NCBI RefSeq assembly: GCF_009914755.1
Contig: NC_060929.1
Reading direction: 5' to 3' (one strand)
DNA: 64,000 nucleotides
Source of the DNA: the human T2T-CHM13v2.0 reference genome, Homo sapiens
In this document: positions 42,091 to 54,282 of the stretch, piece by piece
Position numbering within the stretch: position 1 is the stretch's first letter
How the letters are laid out: each line of letters begins with the position of its first letter
Translations under genes and position numbers: made by a program
The notes under the pieces: model-generated
Database searches by the model: none
What the model was told of the DNA's origin: nothing
What the model saw: the letters and a program-made list of their open reading frames with translations, nothing else

Positions 42091-42216
42091 GGAAGAAAAA
42101 GAGAGAGAAGGACAGAGGGAAAAGAAGAAAAGAAGGAAGGAAAAGGGATATGGAGAAGGAAGAAGGAAGGGGGAAAGAGAGAAAGAGAGTGGGAGTGAGA
42201 GAGAGAGAGAAAGGAG
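42091..42216. repeat. Polypurine GA-rich low-complexity tract
   Basis: About 125 nt almost entirely A/G. Confidence 0.9.
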
Positions 42217-43040
42217 TCCATTCATGCTTTACTCTCCTGCTCCATCAGCAGGGAGATGTAGTGCAGGTGATTGATGCCCCAGGCTGTACAGTAGCCTTCT
42301 ATTCAACCTGGTACATATGCAGCTGGGCTGTCCCAGCGGGCTGATTTGTACTCCTCCACAGGGAGAGAATACCAGATTGGTCTTTCAGCAAGAAATTCTA
42401 CTTAAATCTTTTCTCGTATGGGATTTTTTATTATTATATAACCCATAAAAACAAACACAATATAATGGCACAAAGCACTTGCTTTATTGCCAGAAACTGG
42501 AGTCTCTCACAGAGTTGCCCTTCAACTGCTGACATCCCTTCAAGGGTTTTCCCTCACATGCTCAAAGAAGGTTCACTTGGCCTTTGCTTGCTGGTTTTCA
42601 TATGTGCAATCATGATCCTACCTCAGCTGGGACTGACAGTTGGGTGTCAGCCCCAGGCACAGCCTAGATAGGCACAGCCTGGACAGACACAACCATTCTT
42701 TTGGAGATGTCTTCAGAAATATAACTGATCTTGGGGTAGAATCTCTGGCTAGTCTATCCTAAGCATGATATAGGCCTTTTCTCTTAATTTCTAACAATAG
42801 GTTGGCATCTACATGGTCTGACTTTTTTAGAAGAGATGCTGGAATTTAGGAAATCTCCTCCTATAAACAAAATAAAACAATGTTAAAAAAGTCCAACCAA
42901 CCAGCCAAACAACCAAGAAACAAACTAAAGAATTGCCTCATTTCTACTTCTGGCCAAGCTAGAGTAATAGATTCTGGATTAACACTCTTTCCTTAAACAG
43001 TTAGAATGCTGACAGTAATATGTAAAAGAAAGGTCTTCAG

Positions 43041-43341
43041 GGCCAGGCATGGTGGCTCACTTCTGTAATCCCAGAACTTTGGGAGGCTGAGGCAGGTGGA
43101 TCGCCTGAGGTCAGGAGTTTGAGACCAGCCTGGCCAACATGGTGAAACCCCATCTCTGCTAAAAATACAAAAATTAGCTGGGCATGGTGGTGCACACCTG
43201 TAATCTCAGCTGCTCCGGAGGCTGAGGCAGGAGAATTGCTTGAGCATGGGAGGCACAGGTTGTAGCGAGCTGACATTGTGCCACTGCACTCCAGCCTGGG
43301 CGACAGAGTGAGACTCTGTCTCAAAAAAAAAAAAAAAGGAA
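43041..43341 (+). mobile_element. Alu, AluSx/Sz-like, full length
   Basis: Dimer plus tail; perfect 17-bp TSD AAAAGAAAGGTCTTCAG (43024-43040, 43342-43358). Confidence 0.97.
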
Positions 43342-44888
43342 AAAAGAAAGGTCTTCAGACATTGAAAAACAAAGTGCACGGGATGAAGTTCCTTAAGAAA
43401 AAGAAAACCAATGAGTTAAAACTTACAATTTCTCCTGCTTACTCCTGGGCATGGTTTTAAAGCTGCAGTACAGATAGCGTGGACCCAAAGACAGCCCGAC
43501 AGTCTTGCTAAATGGAAGAGACAGAGGCCAGAGTTCAGAGAGGCTATCATGGCTACAGTTTGGTGGGTGATGTACTGGAGTAAGGGGAGGATGGAGAATG
43601 AATGAGAGAGAGAGAAAGAGAGAGAGAGGGAGGTAAAAAGAAAGGAGAGGGAGAGATACTTTCACATTTTTTGGCTAAATCTGATCTGAGCATGCATGAG
43701 AAGACACTACCAGGGGCCAAGAAAAATGTCACCAGAAGAGATGCATGAAACGCTTTCCAGACTCTTTCCAGAGCTTTTACAAGACTGGAATAGTTTATAT
43801 TTCCACAAATCACAATCGAAAGCTCACAAAATATTCACAGCATTATAGAATCTTCAGAGTGGTTACTAATGGAAGTAAATTAACTTGACTTAAGAATTCT
43901 CTTAGCCTATCATGCAAATTTTAAAAGCAAGATTTTAAAGAATACAATTATTACATAAATTAACTATACTCAGAATCAAAGGAATGCAACAAAATCTAGT
44001 AAACAACAACGTAACATTCTGTCACCTAATAAAAAATTATCGGGCAAGCAAAGAGGCAAGAAAATATGACCAACAATCAGGAAAAACTCAAATTTAATAC
44101 AAACAGACCCAGAAATGACAAAGATGATGAAACTCGTAGACAAGAACATTAAAACAGCTATTATAAACAATTTTAATATGTTCCAGAAGGTAGAAGAAAA
44201 GATAAAAATGATGAGAGAATTAGAAATTAAAAGAGCTTACGTTGAACTTCAAAGATAACAAATAAAAGATATGAAATAGAAAATGACTGGAACAGATGAA
44301 CACATTGGACACTGCAGAAGATAAGATCACCAAACTTGAAGACAAAGACATATAATCTATCCAAATTGAATGATACAAAAATAAAAGCAAAAACAGCACC
44401 AGTAACTTCAGTTTTTTAAAAATTTGAATATTTTTCTTGTGTGGGTCAGATTTTCCTGCTTCTTTGCATGCCTAATAATTTTTCATTATATAACTGAATT
44501 TCAGAATTTTATGTTGTTGGTTGCTGAATGCTGTTGCAATATCAAGTTTCAGCAAATGTGTAATTAGAGCCTCAGAGGAGAGGATATTGTGGTGAAGTCA
44601 GAAAAATATTTGAAAAAAAGTGGCTGAAGATTTTACAAATTTTATGGAAGCCATAATTTATGGATCCAAGAGTCTTAAGGACCCCTAAGCAAAATAAAAC
44701 TAAATAAAATTATAAGACACATCATAGTCAAATTGCTAAAAACCAGATATAAAGAAAAAATCTTAAAAGCATCCAGGAAAAAGAGACAAATGACATACAA
44801 AAGAATAAAGACAAAAATTATAGCAAACTTATCATCAGTAACTATGCAAGCCAGAAGATAGTAGAGAGTCATTTTTAAAGTACAGGCA

Positions 44889-45309
44889 TATATCAACCTG
44901 TTCTTCCATTGCTATAAAAAATACCTGAGATTGGGTAACTTGAAAAGAAGTTTAACTCGATCATAGTTCTGCAGGCTGCATAAGAAGCATGATGCTTGCA
45001 TCTGGTCAGCTTCTGGGGAGGCTTCAGGAAACTTATAATCATGGCAGAAGGTGAAGACTGAGCAGGCACATCATATGGTGAAAGCAAGAGCAAGAAAGAG
45101 GCGGGGGAAAGTGCCACACACACTTTTAAATGATCCGATCTCATGAGAACTCATTCAGTATCATGAGGACAGTACCATAGTATGGTACTAAATCATTCAT
45201 GAGAAAGCTGCCCCCATGATCCAAACACCTCCCACCAGGCCCCACCTCCATCACTGGGGATTATATTTCAACAGGAAATTTGAGTGGGGACAACATCCAA
45301 ACTATTTCA
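44889..45309 (-). mobile_element. MST (MSTA/MSTB-like) MaLR solo LTR inserted in the left TIR of Tigger1
   Basis: CATTGCTATAAAAAATACCTGAGATTGGG...GGAGGCTTCAGGAAACTTATAATCATGGCAGAAGG...CATCCAAACTATTTCA; perfect 5-bp TSD AGGCA (44884-44888, 45310-45314). Confidence 0.93.
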
Positions 45310-45360
45310 AGGCATACCTCCTTTTATTGTGCTTTACTTTACTGCATTTTGCAGATAGTG

Positions 45361-45361
<1 letters not shown>

Positions 45362-45400
<39 letters not shown>
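45362..45400. repeat. Poly-T tract (39 nt) inside Tigger1
   Basis: Uninterrupted T run at the position of a short T run in Tigger1. Confidence 0.95.
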
Positions 45401-45405
<5 letters not shown>

Positions 45406-48219
45406 CTGATGGTTTGTGTGGCAACCCTGTGTCAAGCAAGTCTATTGGTACCATTATTTCAATAACGTATGCTCATTTTGTGTCTTTCACATTTTGGAAA
45501 TTTCTGCAATATTTTCAAAGTTTTTCATTATTATATTTCCTATGGTGATCTGTGATCAGTGATTGTTGATGTTACTATTGTAATTGTTTTGGGGAGCCAC
45601 AAACTGTGTCCATATGATGATAACTTTAATCCATAAGTGATTTGTGTGTTCTTACTGCTCCACCAATTGGCCATTCCTCCATCTCTTTCTCTAGCCTGAG
45701 GCCTTCCTATTCTTTGAGATACAAAAATATTGAAATTAGTCCAACTAATTACCTTATAATGAACTCTAGGTGTTCAAGTAAAAGGAAGAGTTAACACATC
45801 TCCTACTTTATCAAAAGCTAGAAATGATTAATCGTAGGTAGGAAGGCATGTTGAAAGTCAAGACAGGTTGAAAGCAAGAGTTCCTGCACCAGCATTAGCC
45901 AAGTTGGAAATTCAAAGGAAAAGTTCTTGAAGAAAATTAAAAGTGTTACTTCAGGGAACACACAAATAATAAAAAAGTGAAACAGCCTTATTGCTGATAT
46001 GGAGAAAGTTTGAGTGATTTTGATAAATGATCAAGCCAGCCACAACATTCCCTTAAACCAAAGCCTAATCCATAGCAAAACCTAAATTTCTTCAATTCTA
46101 GAAAGACTGAGAGATATTAGGAAGCTGCAGCAGAAACGTTTGAAGCAAGCAGAGGCTGGTTAATTAAGATTTAGAAAAAAACTGTCTCCATAACATAAAA
46201 AGTGCAAAGTGAAGCAGCACATGCTGGTATAGAAGCTGCAGCAAGTTATCTAGATCTAGCTAAGATAATTTATGAAACTGGTGACACTAAACAAGAGATT
46301 TTTAATGTAGACAAAATAGCCTTCTATTGGAAGAAAATGCCATGTAGAATTTTTGTAGCTATAGAGGAGATTTCAATGTCTGGCTTCAAAATTTCAAAGT
46401 ACCGGCAGACTCTTGTTAGGGGTGAATGGAGCTGGTGAGTTAAGTTGAAGGCAGTGCTCATTCCAAAAATCCTAGGGCCTTTGAGACTGATGCTAAATCT
46501 TCTCTGCCAGTGCTCTAGAAATGGAACAACAAAGCCTGAATGACAGCATATCTATTTACTGCATGGTTTACTGAATATTTTAAGCCCACTATTGAGACCT
46601 ACTGCTCAGAAGAAAAAGAGATTTCTTTCAAAATATTACTGCTCATGGACATTGCAGCAAGTCACCCAAGAGCTCTGACAGAGATGTGCAAGAGATTCAT
46701 GTTGTTTTCATGCCTGATAACACAATATCCATTCTGTAGCCCATGGATTAAGGAGTAATTTTGACTTTCAAGTCTTATTACTTAGGAAGTACATTTTTCT
46801 ATAGCTGTCACTGCCATAGGTAGTGATTGCTATAATGGAACTGGGCAAAGTAAATTGAAAGCCTTCTGAAAAGGATTCATCTTTCTAGATCCAATTAAGA
46901 ATATTTGTAATTCATTGATAAATTATCAATATTAACAGCAGTTTGGAAAAAAAGTTATTTCCAAACATCATAAATGGCTGAAGAGTTCAAGGCTTAAGTG
47001 AAAGAAGTAATTGCAGATGTGATGGAAATAGCAAGAGAAATAGAATTAGCAGTGAATTTTGAAGAGGTAACTTATCTGCTGCAATCTCATGACAAAACTT
47101 TAATGAAAGAGGAGTTGCTTCTTAAGGATGAAGAAGAAAGTGGTTTCTTGAGATGAAATCTACCCCTAGTAATGATGCTCTGATCATTGTTTAAATGACA
47201 AAAGGATTTAGAATAGTACATAAACTTAGTTGATAAAATAGTGGCAAGATTTGAATGGATTTACTCCAATTTTGAAAGAAGTTCTACTGTGGGTAAAATG
47301 CTATCATACGGCATCATGTACTACAGAGAAATCTTTTGTAAAAGGAAGAGTCTGCCAATGTGCCTAACTTCATTGTTGTCTTATTTTAAGAAATTGCCAC
47401 AGTCACCCCAACCTTCAGCAAACACCACTCTGAGCAGTTAGCAGCCATCAACATTATGGCAATACCCTACACTGGCAAAATGATTATGACTCATGGAAAG
47501 TTCAGATGATCATTAGCATTTTTGAGTAATCAAGTATTTTTAACTAAAAAATGTATTTTTTAGACATAATGCTATTACATACTTAATAGACTACAGTATA
47601 GTATAAACATGACTTTTATATGCACTGGGAAACAAAAAATTTGTGTGACTCATTATTGTAACATTTGCTTTGTTGTGGTGGTCTAGAACCAGACTCACAT
47701 ATCTAGAGATATGCCTGTATTGAAAGAAAAATATTCAACAGGGGTTTCTTTATTCAGAAACAAAATTTAATAAGTGAAGACAAAATTAAGACTTAGACAA
47801 GCAAAAACTAAAAGATTTCTCACTAGCTGACTTGGGTTCCAAAAGAAAAAAAAAGTTAAGTGGAGTTTTTTAACCAAAAGCAAAATAATACCAGATAGTA
47901 ATGTGATTCTAAATAATTGAAAGAATAATGCTAGAATGGTGTAGAGAAACATAAAACATATTTTCCCACTTAAAAATTAAAAAAATTATTTAAAGCAAAA
48001 ATATAAACATGGCATTCTAGCATATGTGGGAGTAAAACATATGACAATAATACCACAAATTTTGGGAGGTAAATGGAAATATGTTGCTGTTGTACTCTTT
48101 AAGTGAAATAGTATAGCATTATTTGAAGACTATAATAAGTTAAAACTGTATTTTATAAAGCTTAGACCAATCACCAAAATAACATAAAACTAAAAGGTAT
48201 ACTTAACAAGCCAAGATGG

Positions 48220-50479
48220 TGCATTAGTCGATTCTCACACTTTTATAAAGATACTACCTGAGACTGGGTAACTATAAAGAAAAGAGGTTTAATTGACTCA
48301 CAGTTCCACATGGCTGGGAGATCTCAGGAAACTTACAATCATGGTGGAGGTGAAGGGGAAGCAAGCACCTTCTTCACAAGGCAGAAGGAGAGAGAAGAGC
48401 ATAGAAGGAGTTACCAAACAGTTATAAAATTATCAGAGCTCAAGAGAACTTTCCCACTATCATGAGAACAGCATGGGAGAATCTGCCTCTGTGATCCAAC
48501 CACCTCCCTCTCTCAACACAGGGGGATTACAGGTCCCTCCTCAACACGTGAGGATTACAATTTGAGATGAGATTTGGGTGAAAACACAGAGCCAAACCAT
48601 ATCACCTTGCTCCTGGCCCCTCCCAGATCTCATGTCTTTTTACACTTAAAAACCAATCGTACCTTCTCAACAGTCCCCCAAAGTCTTAACTCATTTCAGC
48701 ATTAACTCAAAAGTCCACAGTCCAAACTCTCATCTGAGACAAAGCAAGTCCCTTCTGCCTATGAGTCTGTAAAATAAAAAACAAGCTTGTTACTTCCTAG
48801 ATATGATGGAGGTACAGGCATTGAGTAAATGCTCTTGGTCCAAATGGGAGAACTTGGCCAAAACAAAGAGGCTACAGGCCCCATGCATGGCCAAACTCCA
48901 GCAGGGATATCATTAAATCTTAAAGCTCCAAAATGATCTCCTTTGACCTCATGTCTCATATCCAGGGTACACTGATGTAAAGAGTGGGCTCCCCTAGACT
49001 GGCACAGCTCATTCATGGGCTGGCGTTGAGTGCCTGCAGCTTTTCCAGCTGCACAGTGTAAGCTATCAGTGGATGTACCATTGTGGTGTCTGGAGGATGG
49101 TGGCCATCTTCTCATAGCTCCACTAGGCAGTGCCCCAGTAAGGACTCTGTGTGGGGACCCCAACCCAATATTTCCCTTCTGCACTGCCCTAGCAGAGGTT
49201 CTCCATGAAAGCTCAGCCCTTGCAGCAGACTTCTACCTGAACATCTAGGCATTTCCATACATCCTCTGAAATCTAGGTAGAGGTTTCCAAACCTCAATTC
49301 TTGACTTCTGTGTACCTGCAGGCCCAACATCACATGAAAGCCACCAAGTTGTGGGGCTTGCACCCTCTGAAGCAATAGCCTGAGCTGTATCTTGACACCT
49401 TTTAGCCATGGCTAGAGCTGGAGCAGCTGGGATGCAGGGTACCAAGTCCCAAGGCTGCACACAGCAGTGGGGCCCTAGGTCCAGCCCATGAAACCATTTT
49501 TTCCTCCTAGGCCTCTGGGCCTGTGATGGAAGGGGCTGCTGCCAAGATCTTTGACATGCCGTGGAGATGTTTTCTCATTGTCTTGGTGATTAACATGCAA
49601 CTAGTCATTACTTATGCAAATTTCTGCAACCAGCTTGAATTTCTCCCCAGAAAATGGGTTTTTCTTCTCTGTCACATTATCAGGTTGCAAATTTTCAAAA
49701 TTTGTATGCGCTGCTTCCCTTTTAAACATAAGTTCCAATTTCAGTTCATCTCTTTCAAGTTCAAAGTTCCACAGATCTCTAGGGCAGGAGCACAATGCCA
49801 CCAGTCTCTTTGCTAAAGCATAGTTAGAGTGACCTTTACTCTAGTTCCCAAGAAGTTTCTCATCTCTATCTGGGAACACCTCAGCCTGGACTTCATTGTC
49901 CATATTACTATGAGAATTTTGGTCAAAACCATTCAACAAGCCTCTAGGGAGTTCCAAACTTTCTAACATCTTCCTGTCTTCTTCTGAGCTGTCTAAACTA
50001 TTCCAACCTCTTCCCATTACCCAGTTCTAAAGTCACTTCCACATTTTCGGGTTATCTTTATAGTAGTACCCAACTCTACTGGTACCAATTTACCATATTA
50101 GTCTGTTCTCACACTGCTAAACACATACTACCTGAGACTGGGTAGCTATAAAGACAGGAGTTTTAATTGACTCACAGTTCCGCATGGCTAGGGAGGCCTC
50201 TTGAAACTTGAAATCATGGTGGAAGGTGGAAGGGAAGCCAGAACCTTCTTCACAAGGTCACAAGAGAGAGAAGAGTGAAGGAGGAACTTCCAAACACTTA
50301 AAAGATTATCAGATCTTGTGAGAACTGACTCACTATCACAAGAACAGCATGGGGGACACCACTGCCAGGACCCACTCACCTCCCTCCTTCCATATGTGGA
50401 GATTGCAGGTTTCTTCCCCAACACATGGAGGATTTAATTCGAGATGAGATTTGGGTGGAGACACAGCCAAACCATATCA
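48220..50479 (-). mobile_element. Complete MaLR provirus (THE1D/MSTA-like): LTR 48220-48604, internal 48605-50093, LTR 50094-50479
   Basis: Two homologous LTRs each ending GCCAAACCATATCA on +; typical MaLR internal text (CTCATCTGAGACAAAGCAAGTCCCTTC, CCACTAGGCAGTGCCCCAGT, CTGGTACCAATTTAC); TSD GATGG/GCTGG. Confidence 0.93.
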
Positions 50480-51174
50480 GCTGGAAATAAATTAATCTAA
50501 ATGAAGGCAAGAAAATGGGAAAAAGTAACAAAGAGCATATTGGACAAATAGAAAAAATATCAAGAAATTAGAATTACACCCAATTATACTGATAATTACA
50601 TTAAATATAAATGGCTAATTCTATTTCCTATCTATAAATTCAAGGGAGTTGTACCCCCTTTAACCTTGTTGTTAAACAATTTTTTTCTTCTCTCTTTTCA
50701 TTCCAGTTTCAACCATCCTAATCTTTGTGAACAAAATGAGAATGCTTCTTACTGATTAAAGAAAGTGTTACATGAAAGAATAATGAAAAAGAAGAAAAAT
50801 AAAGAAGTAGTATACCTAGTACATAATGGTAGGGAAGTAAAATAAAATGTATAAGGTCTCAGTCCCATCATAATCATCATCCTTGACTGAGTTGCTTCTT
50901 TGTTATGCTTCTAGTTTAGCTTTTCATGACAGAGACCAATTTACCACTCTACTTTTCTCTGAGTACCTCCGGCAGCTCTCTGGGTATTTCTGTCTTCTAC
51001 TGCAAACAAACCCAGGACCCTGAAGAAGGGTAATTATTTTTCTTTAGTCCTTGCCCAATTTAAGGACTGTTATCATATCTTCCTAACTGTGCCAGAATTT
51101 ACCTCTGCAGGATTATTGACAGAATGTACATTACATTGAGAAGAAATCCATCTCAAGCTATTTCAATTATCTTT

Positions 51175-51618
51175 TCCTGTCTAATAAACCAACACAAAAC
51201 CTAGTAACTTAAAACTTGGGAAATATATTATTTTCCACAATTCCTTGTCAGGGTGGTCTTTCTGCTTGCTGTGTCTGGGATCATTCAAGTGGCTTATAAT
51301 TTGGCTGGATGCTGGGCTCAGCTGAGACAACTGCAGTGGCTGGCATCTCTTTTTGTGTGACCTTTCTTCTTCAACAAGGCTAGACAGGACTTCTTCAGTG
51401 GAGACCACAGTGTCTTAAGAGACATTGCATCTCAAAGTCATGTCTTCCCTGGTGGTCTAGTGGCTAGGATTTGGTGCTCTCAAAGCACAATGTTTGTCGT
51501 CATCCTGTTGGCCAAAGAAAATAACATGGCCAAATCCAGTGTCAACATGGGACAACAAAACATTGTGGATACTGGGAAGTATCACTCATTGGTGCTATTA
51601 GTGTAGCCATCTACCACA
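51175..51618 (-). mobile_element. Old MaLR LTR (MLT1H/I-like)
   Basis: AAAACCTAGTAACTTAAAAC...CATCCTGTTGGCCAAAGAAAATAACATGGCCAAATCCAG...GTGGATACTGGGAAG...CCATCTACCACA. Confidence 0.75.
51446..51482 (+). pseudogene. 5' half of tRNA-Glu(CTC-type anticodon), tailless retropseudogene
   Basis: TCCCTGGTGGTCTAGTGGCTAGGATTTGGTGCTCTCA vs recalled tRNA-Glu TCCCTGGTGGTCTAGTGGYTAGGATTCGGCGCTCTCA (two CpG-type C>T changes); ends just after the anticodon; TCTCAAAG repeated at 51430-51437 and 51478-51485; no poly(A). Confidence 0.9.
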
Positions 51619-52329
51619 GAGTCTTTCCTGGAGCCTAAGATGAAGGACAAAATCTGTCTTAGGGCTTCTCCATTACAGGTCTCAATGTTCTGCAAATAAC
51701 TTCTCAAAGAAGAAAACCCACCATTGTTTAAGAGCACTAACTAAGAGACAACAGTCCAAATGCATACTTAAAAAAAAAAACATTTTTCTTAGTAGACATA
51801 ATCTCCAGGTTTCCTCCTGTGCCCAATAATACACTTTTGAAATTTCATGGACAGTATTTTAATCTCTTGGAGCCTTTAGAAAATTTCAAATAGTCTTGAG
51901 AAAATTTCAATTACAGAAGAAACTATTCACTCTAAATTTATAGAACTAATAACATAGGGGCATTCTTCATCACATCAAAAGGAAAAAAAAATCTTCCTCT
52001 AGGTAAATTTAAATATATCCCCCTTTTGATAGCAGAAAAACTACTTGTAAATTTTAAGTGGTTGCTATTCCTATTTGTCTCAATGATTGAAAAAATTACC
52101 TTAAAGTCCAAACTCTCCCAGGTAATTTCATTATACTTCTCATAGAACTATAGTATCTAGCTTCTTATGAGAACTTTTTTTTTCTGATGTTTCCACTTTT
52201 CTTTCTCTAAAGTAAAAATGTTGACAGCAAGCATAGATCCGTGGTGATCTCTAGAACAGTTAAATCTTGTTCTTATCCTCCTTATGTTCACACAGGCAAA
52301 AGTTTAAAACGACAGATTAAATTTGTAGT

Positions 52330-52480
52330 GTCCCTGTGAAATCGTTTAGTTCAGTCCCCATTTTACAGATGGAAAAACCTGAGACTTGTAGCATGTACGT
52401 TGACTGGCTTGATGAAACAAAAGCAAATTGGTTGAAGAACCACATCTAAATCTGCTGTTTTCCTAGTCCCACCAAACTGC
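52330..52480 (-). mobile_element. MIR fragment
   Basis: GAAATCGTTTAGTTCAGTCCCCATTTTACAGATGGAAAAACCTGAGAC. Confidence 0.55.
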
Positions 52481-54282
52481 TTATTTTCAGTGTATTGTTT
52501 TTAATTTTAAACAGGACAAAAAATTTAACTTAGAGTGGTTAAAAATAAATAAATACAAGGCCAAGAAGAGTTCACATTCCCTAGTCCTTTACAGTCCAAT
52601 ACGGAATATTGAACCAGAAGTCAAGAAGAAAACCTGTGTAGTTCCATTCAAAGTCAGTGTGTGAACTAGAGCCACCCTTTTTTTCAGTTTTAAAATTGGG
52701 GCGGGGAGGGGGGTGTCTAACTAGATCATATCTAAGCTTCTTTACATTTCAAACTTCTGTGATTTAGAGTAAGTTTAGAAAACAACATGCTTATGTGATT
52801 AAAATCACAATAAATGCCATTACTAAGTGCTAATCCTCATTCATATTGCCTTGTAGTTCTCACCTAGAATTTATTTAATAATGTAAGAATTCTTAACCTG
52901 AAATAGGAGTTAGAAATTCCTGAAAAAGTCATAAAGGACTAGGGAATGTGAACTCTTCTTGGCCCTGTATTTATTTATTTTTAATCATTCTAAGTCAAAT
53001 TGTTTGTATTGTTTAAAATTAAAACAATATGCTGAAAATACACTGAAGTATTGCAGGTGACCTATTTCAGCTTACCTAATTAATTTGACACCCAACCCAG
53101 AGATTATCATGGATCTTGAAAAATCTTCAAATGGTTTCTTGTAAAAAAAACAAAACAAAACCCAAATAACCAAAAAACAAAAGAATAAGGCAGCAAATGC
53201 ACCTTGAATGAACATATTAATATTATATTAGTAATGTCTTTGTTTCCCTAAGTAGTTTTGAATATACCATCTAAGAATATAAGTCATAAGGGAACAAGAT
53301 GCTTGTTTCCCAAAGGTGGTAACCAATTTTTTAGCCATTTTGATAGAAAGAAATAACAGCTATTTTATTCCTTTCTTTAAGAATAGATTTTTGTATTCTT
53401 TAAAGAACCAGAACAGTTTTTAGTATTTTTTTTTTTTTACTGAATGGAATATTTGTATTTTCTTATTTTTTTAACTAAAGAAATTTATAGTTTAGGAATT
53501 AGGCATGAGATAAGATTTGTAATAATTTTTTAACTAGTCTGACAAGTCAACACTTCTATATCCTGGTTTCCCTATGTCCTTTGTAAACTTTATGCAGATA
53601 TTTTAGTATGAATTTGTTTTCCAACATTAATCTCAGCAACCTTCGAGGATCTTTTTCCTAAAGATTCTAAAAAATACTGTAAAGCAGCAATGCCTATCTA
53701 ATGGTCTACTCTGTGAGCCTTGGACTTGTAAGAGCCTTGTAAGAAGTTGCAGATGAAGCAGATGTCCAGGGGAAAACTCCAGAATTAGAATGACTATTAA
53801 AATTACTGGCTAAAAGCCATCAGTACTCAGGGATGAACATTACTACCTTTGGCAGGAAAATAAATTGTTCATTCTATGTACGGTTAGAAACTGGTCCTCT
53901 GACGGTATCTGTCTTTCGGTGGAGAATGCTTGAAGTTCCTCTCAAGGATGCTACTTTGTTATTCTGGCTCCACATGCTGTTCATTAGCATGTAAATTGTT
54001 CATGGTTTTTTTTTTGAACTAGAGATCAACACATACTGTATCTATCTTGCTTTTGTAATTAAACTTCCATTAAATAGGAAAAAGCTCAAAGAATTTGATA
54101 GCAGAATAACACATGGTGAAGGTAAATGTCTATTTTTCATTTTCAGTATTTCAATTATGAAAAACAAATTTAAAATGCTGGTGGGTAAGCCTTCTAATTC
54201 TGTTACACATGGATAATGTCTAAATCCTTCAAAATGTAGAAACATTGAGTTGGACTTGACATAGAAAAATTGAGTAACCAAG

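Larger units (their letters stand above)
44883..47717 (+). mobile_element. Tigger1 (TcMar-pogo) DNA transposon, near full length, dead transposase
   Basis: TIRs CAGGCATACCTC ... GAGATATGCCTG, TA TSD on both sides; ~2.4 kb after removing the MST insert; transposase-like ORF pieces ([64 protein letters not shown]). Confidence 0.95.
42940..48219 (+). mobile_element. Ancient L1M 5'/ORF1-region remnant hosting Alu, Tigger1, MST and the MaLR provirus (resumes ~50485-50620)
   Basis: A-rich ORF1-like text (ACAGACCCAGAAATGACAAAGATGATGAAACT, GACACATCATAGTCAAATTGCTAAAAACCAGATATAAAGAAAAAATCTTAAAAGCA); continuity across the insertions (TTTAAAGTA|TTGAAAGAAAA). Confidence 0.7.

Noticed and set aside
46202-47441. 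Domesticated or active pogo-type transposase
   Set aside because: Broken into short pieces in different frames with stops; a decayed Tigger1
48759-49823. ORFs in the MaLR internal region
   Set aside because: Fragmented remnants typical of THE1/MST internal sequence; no continuous frame
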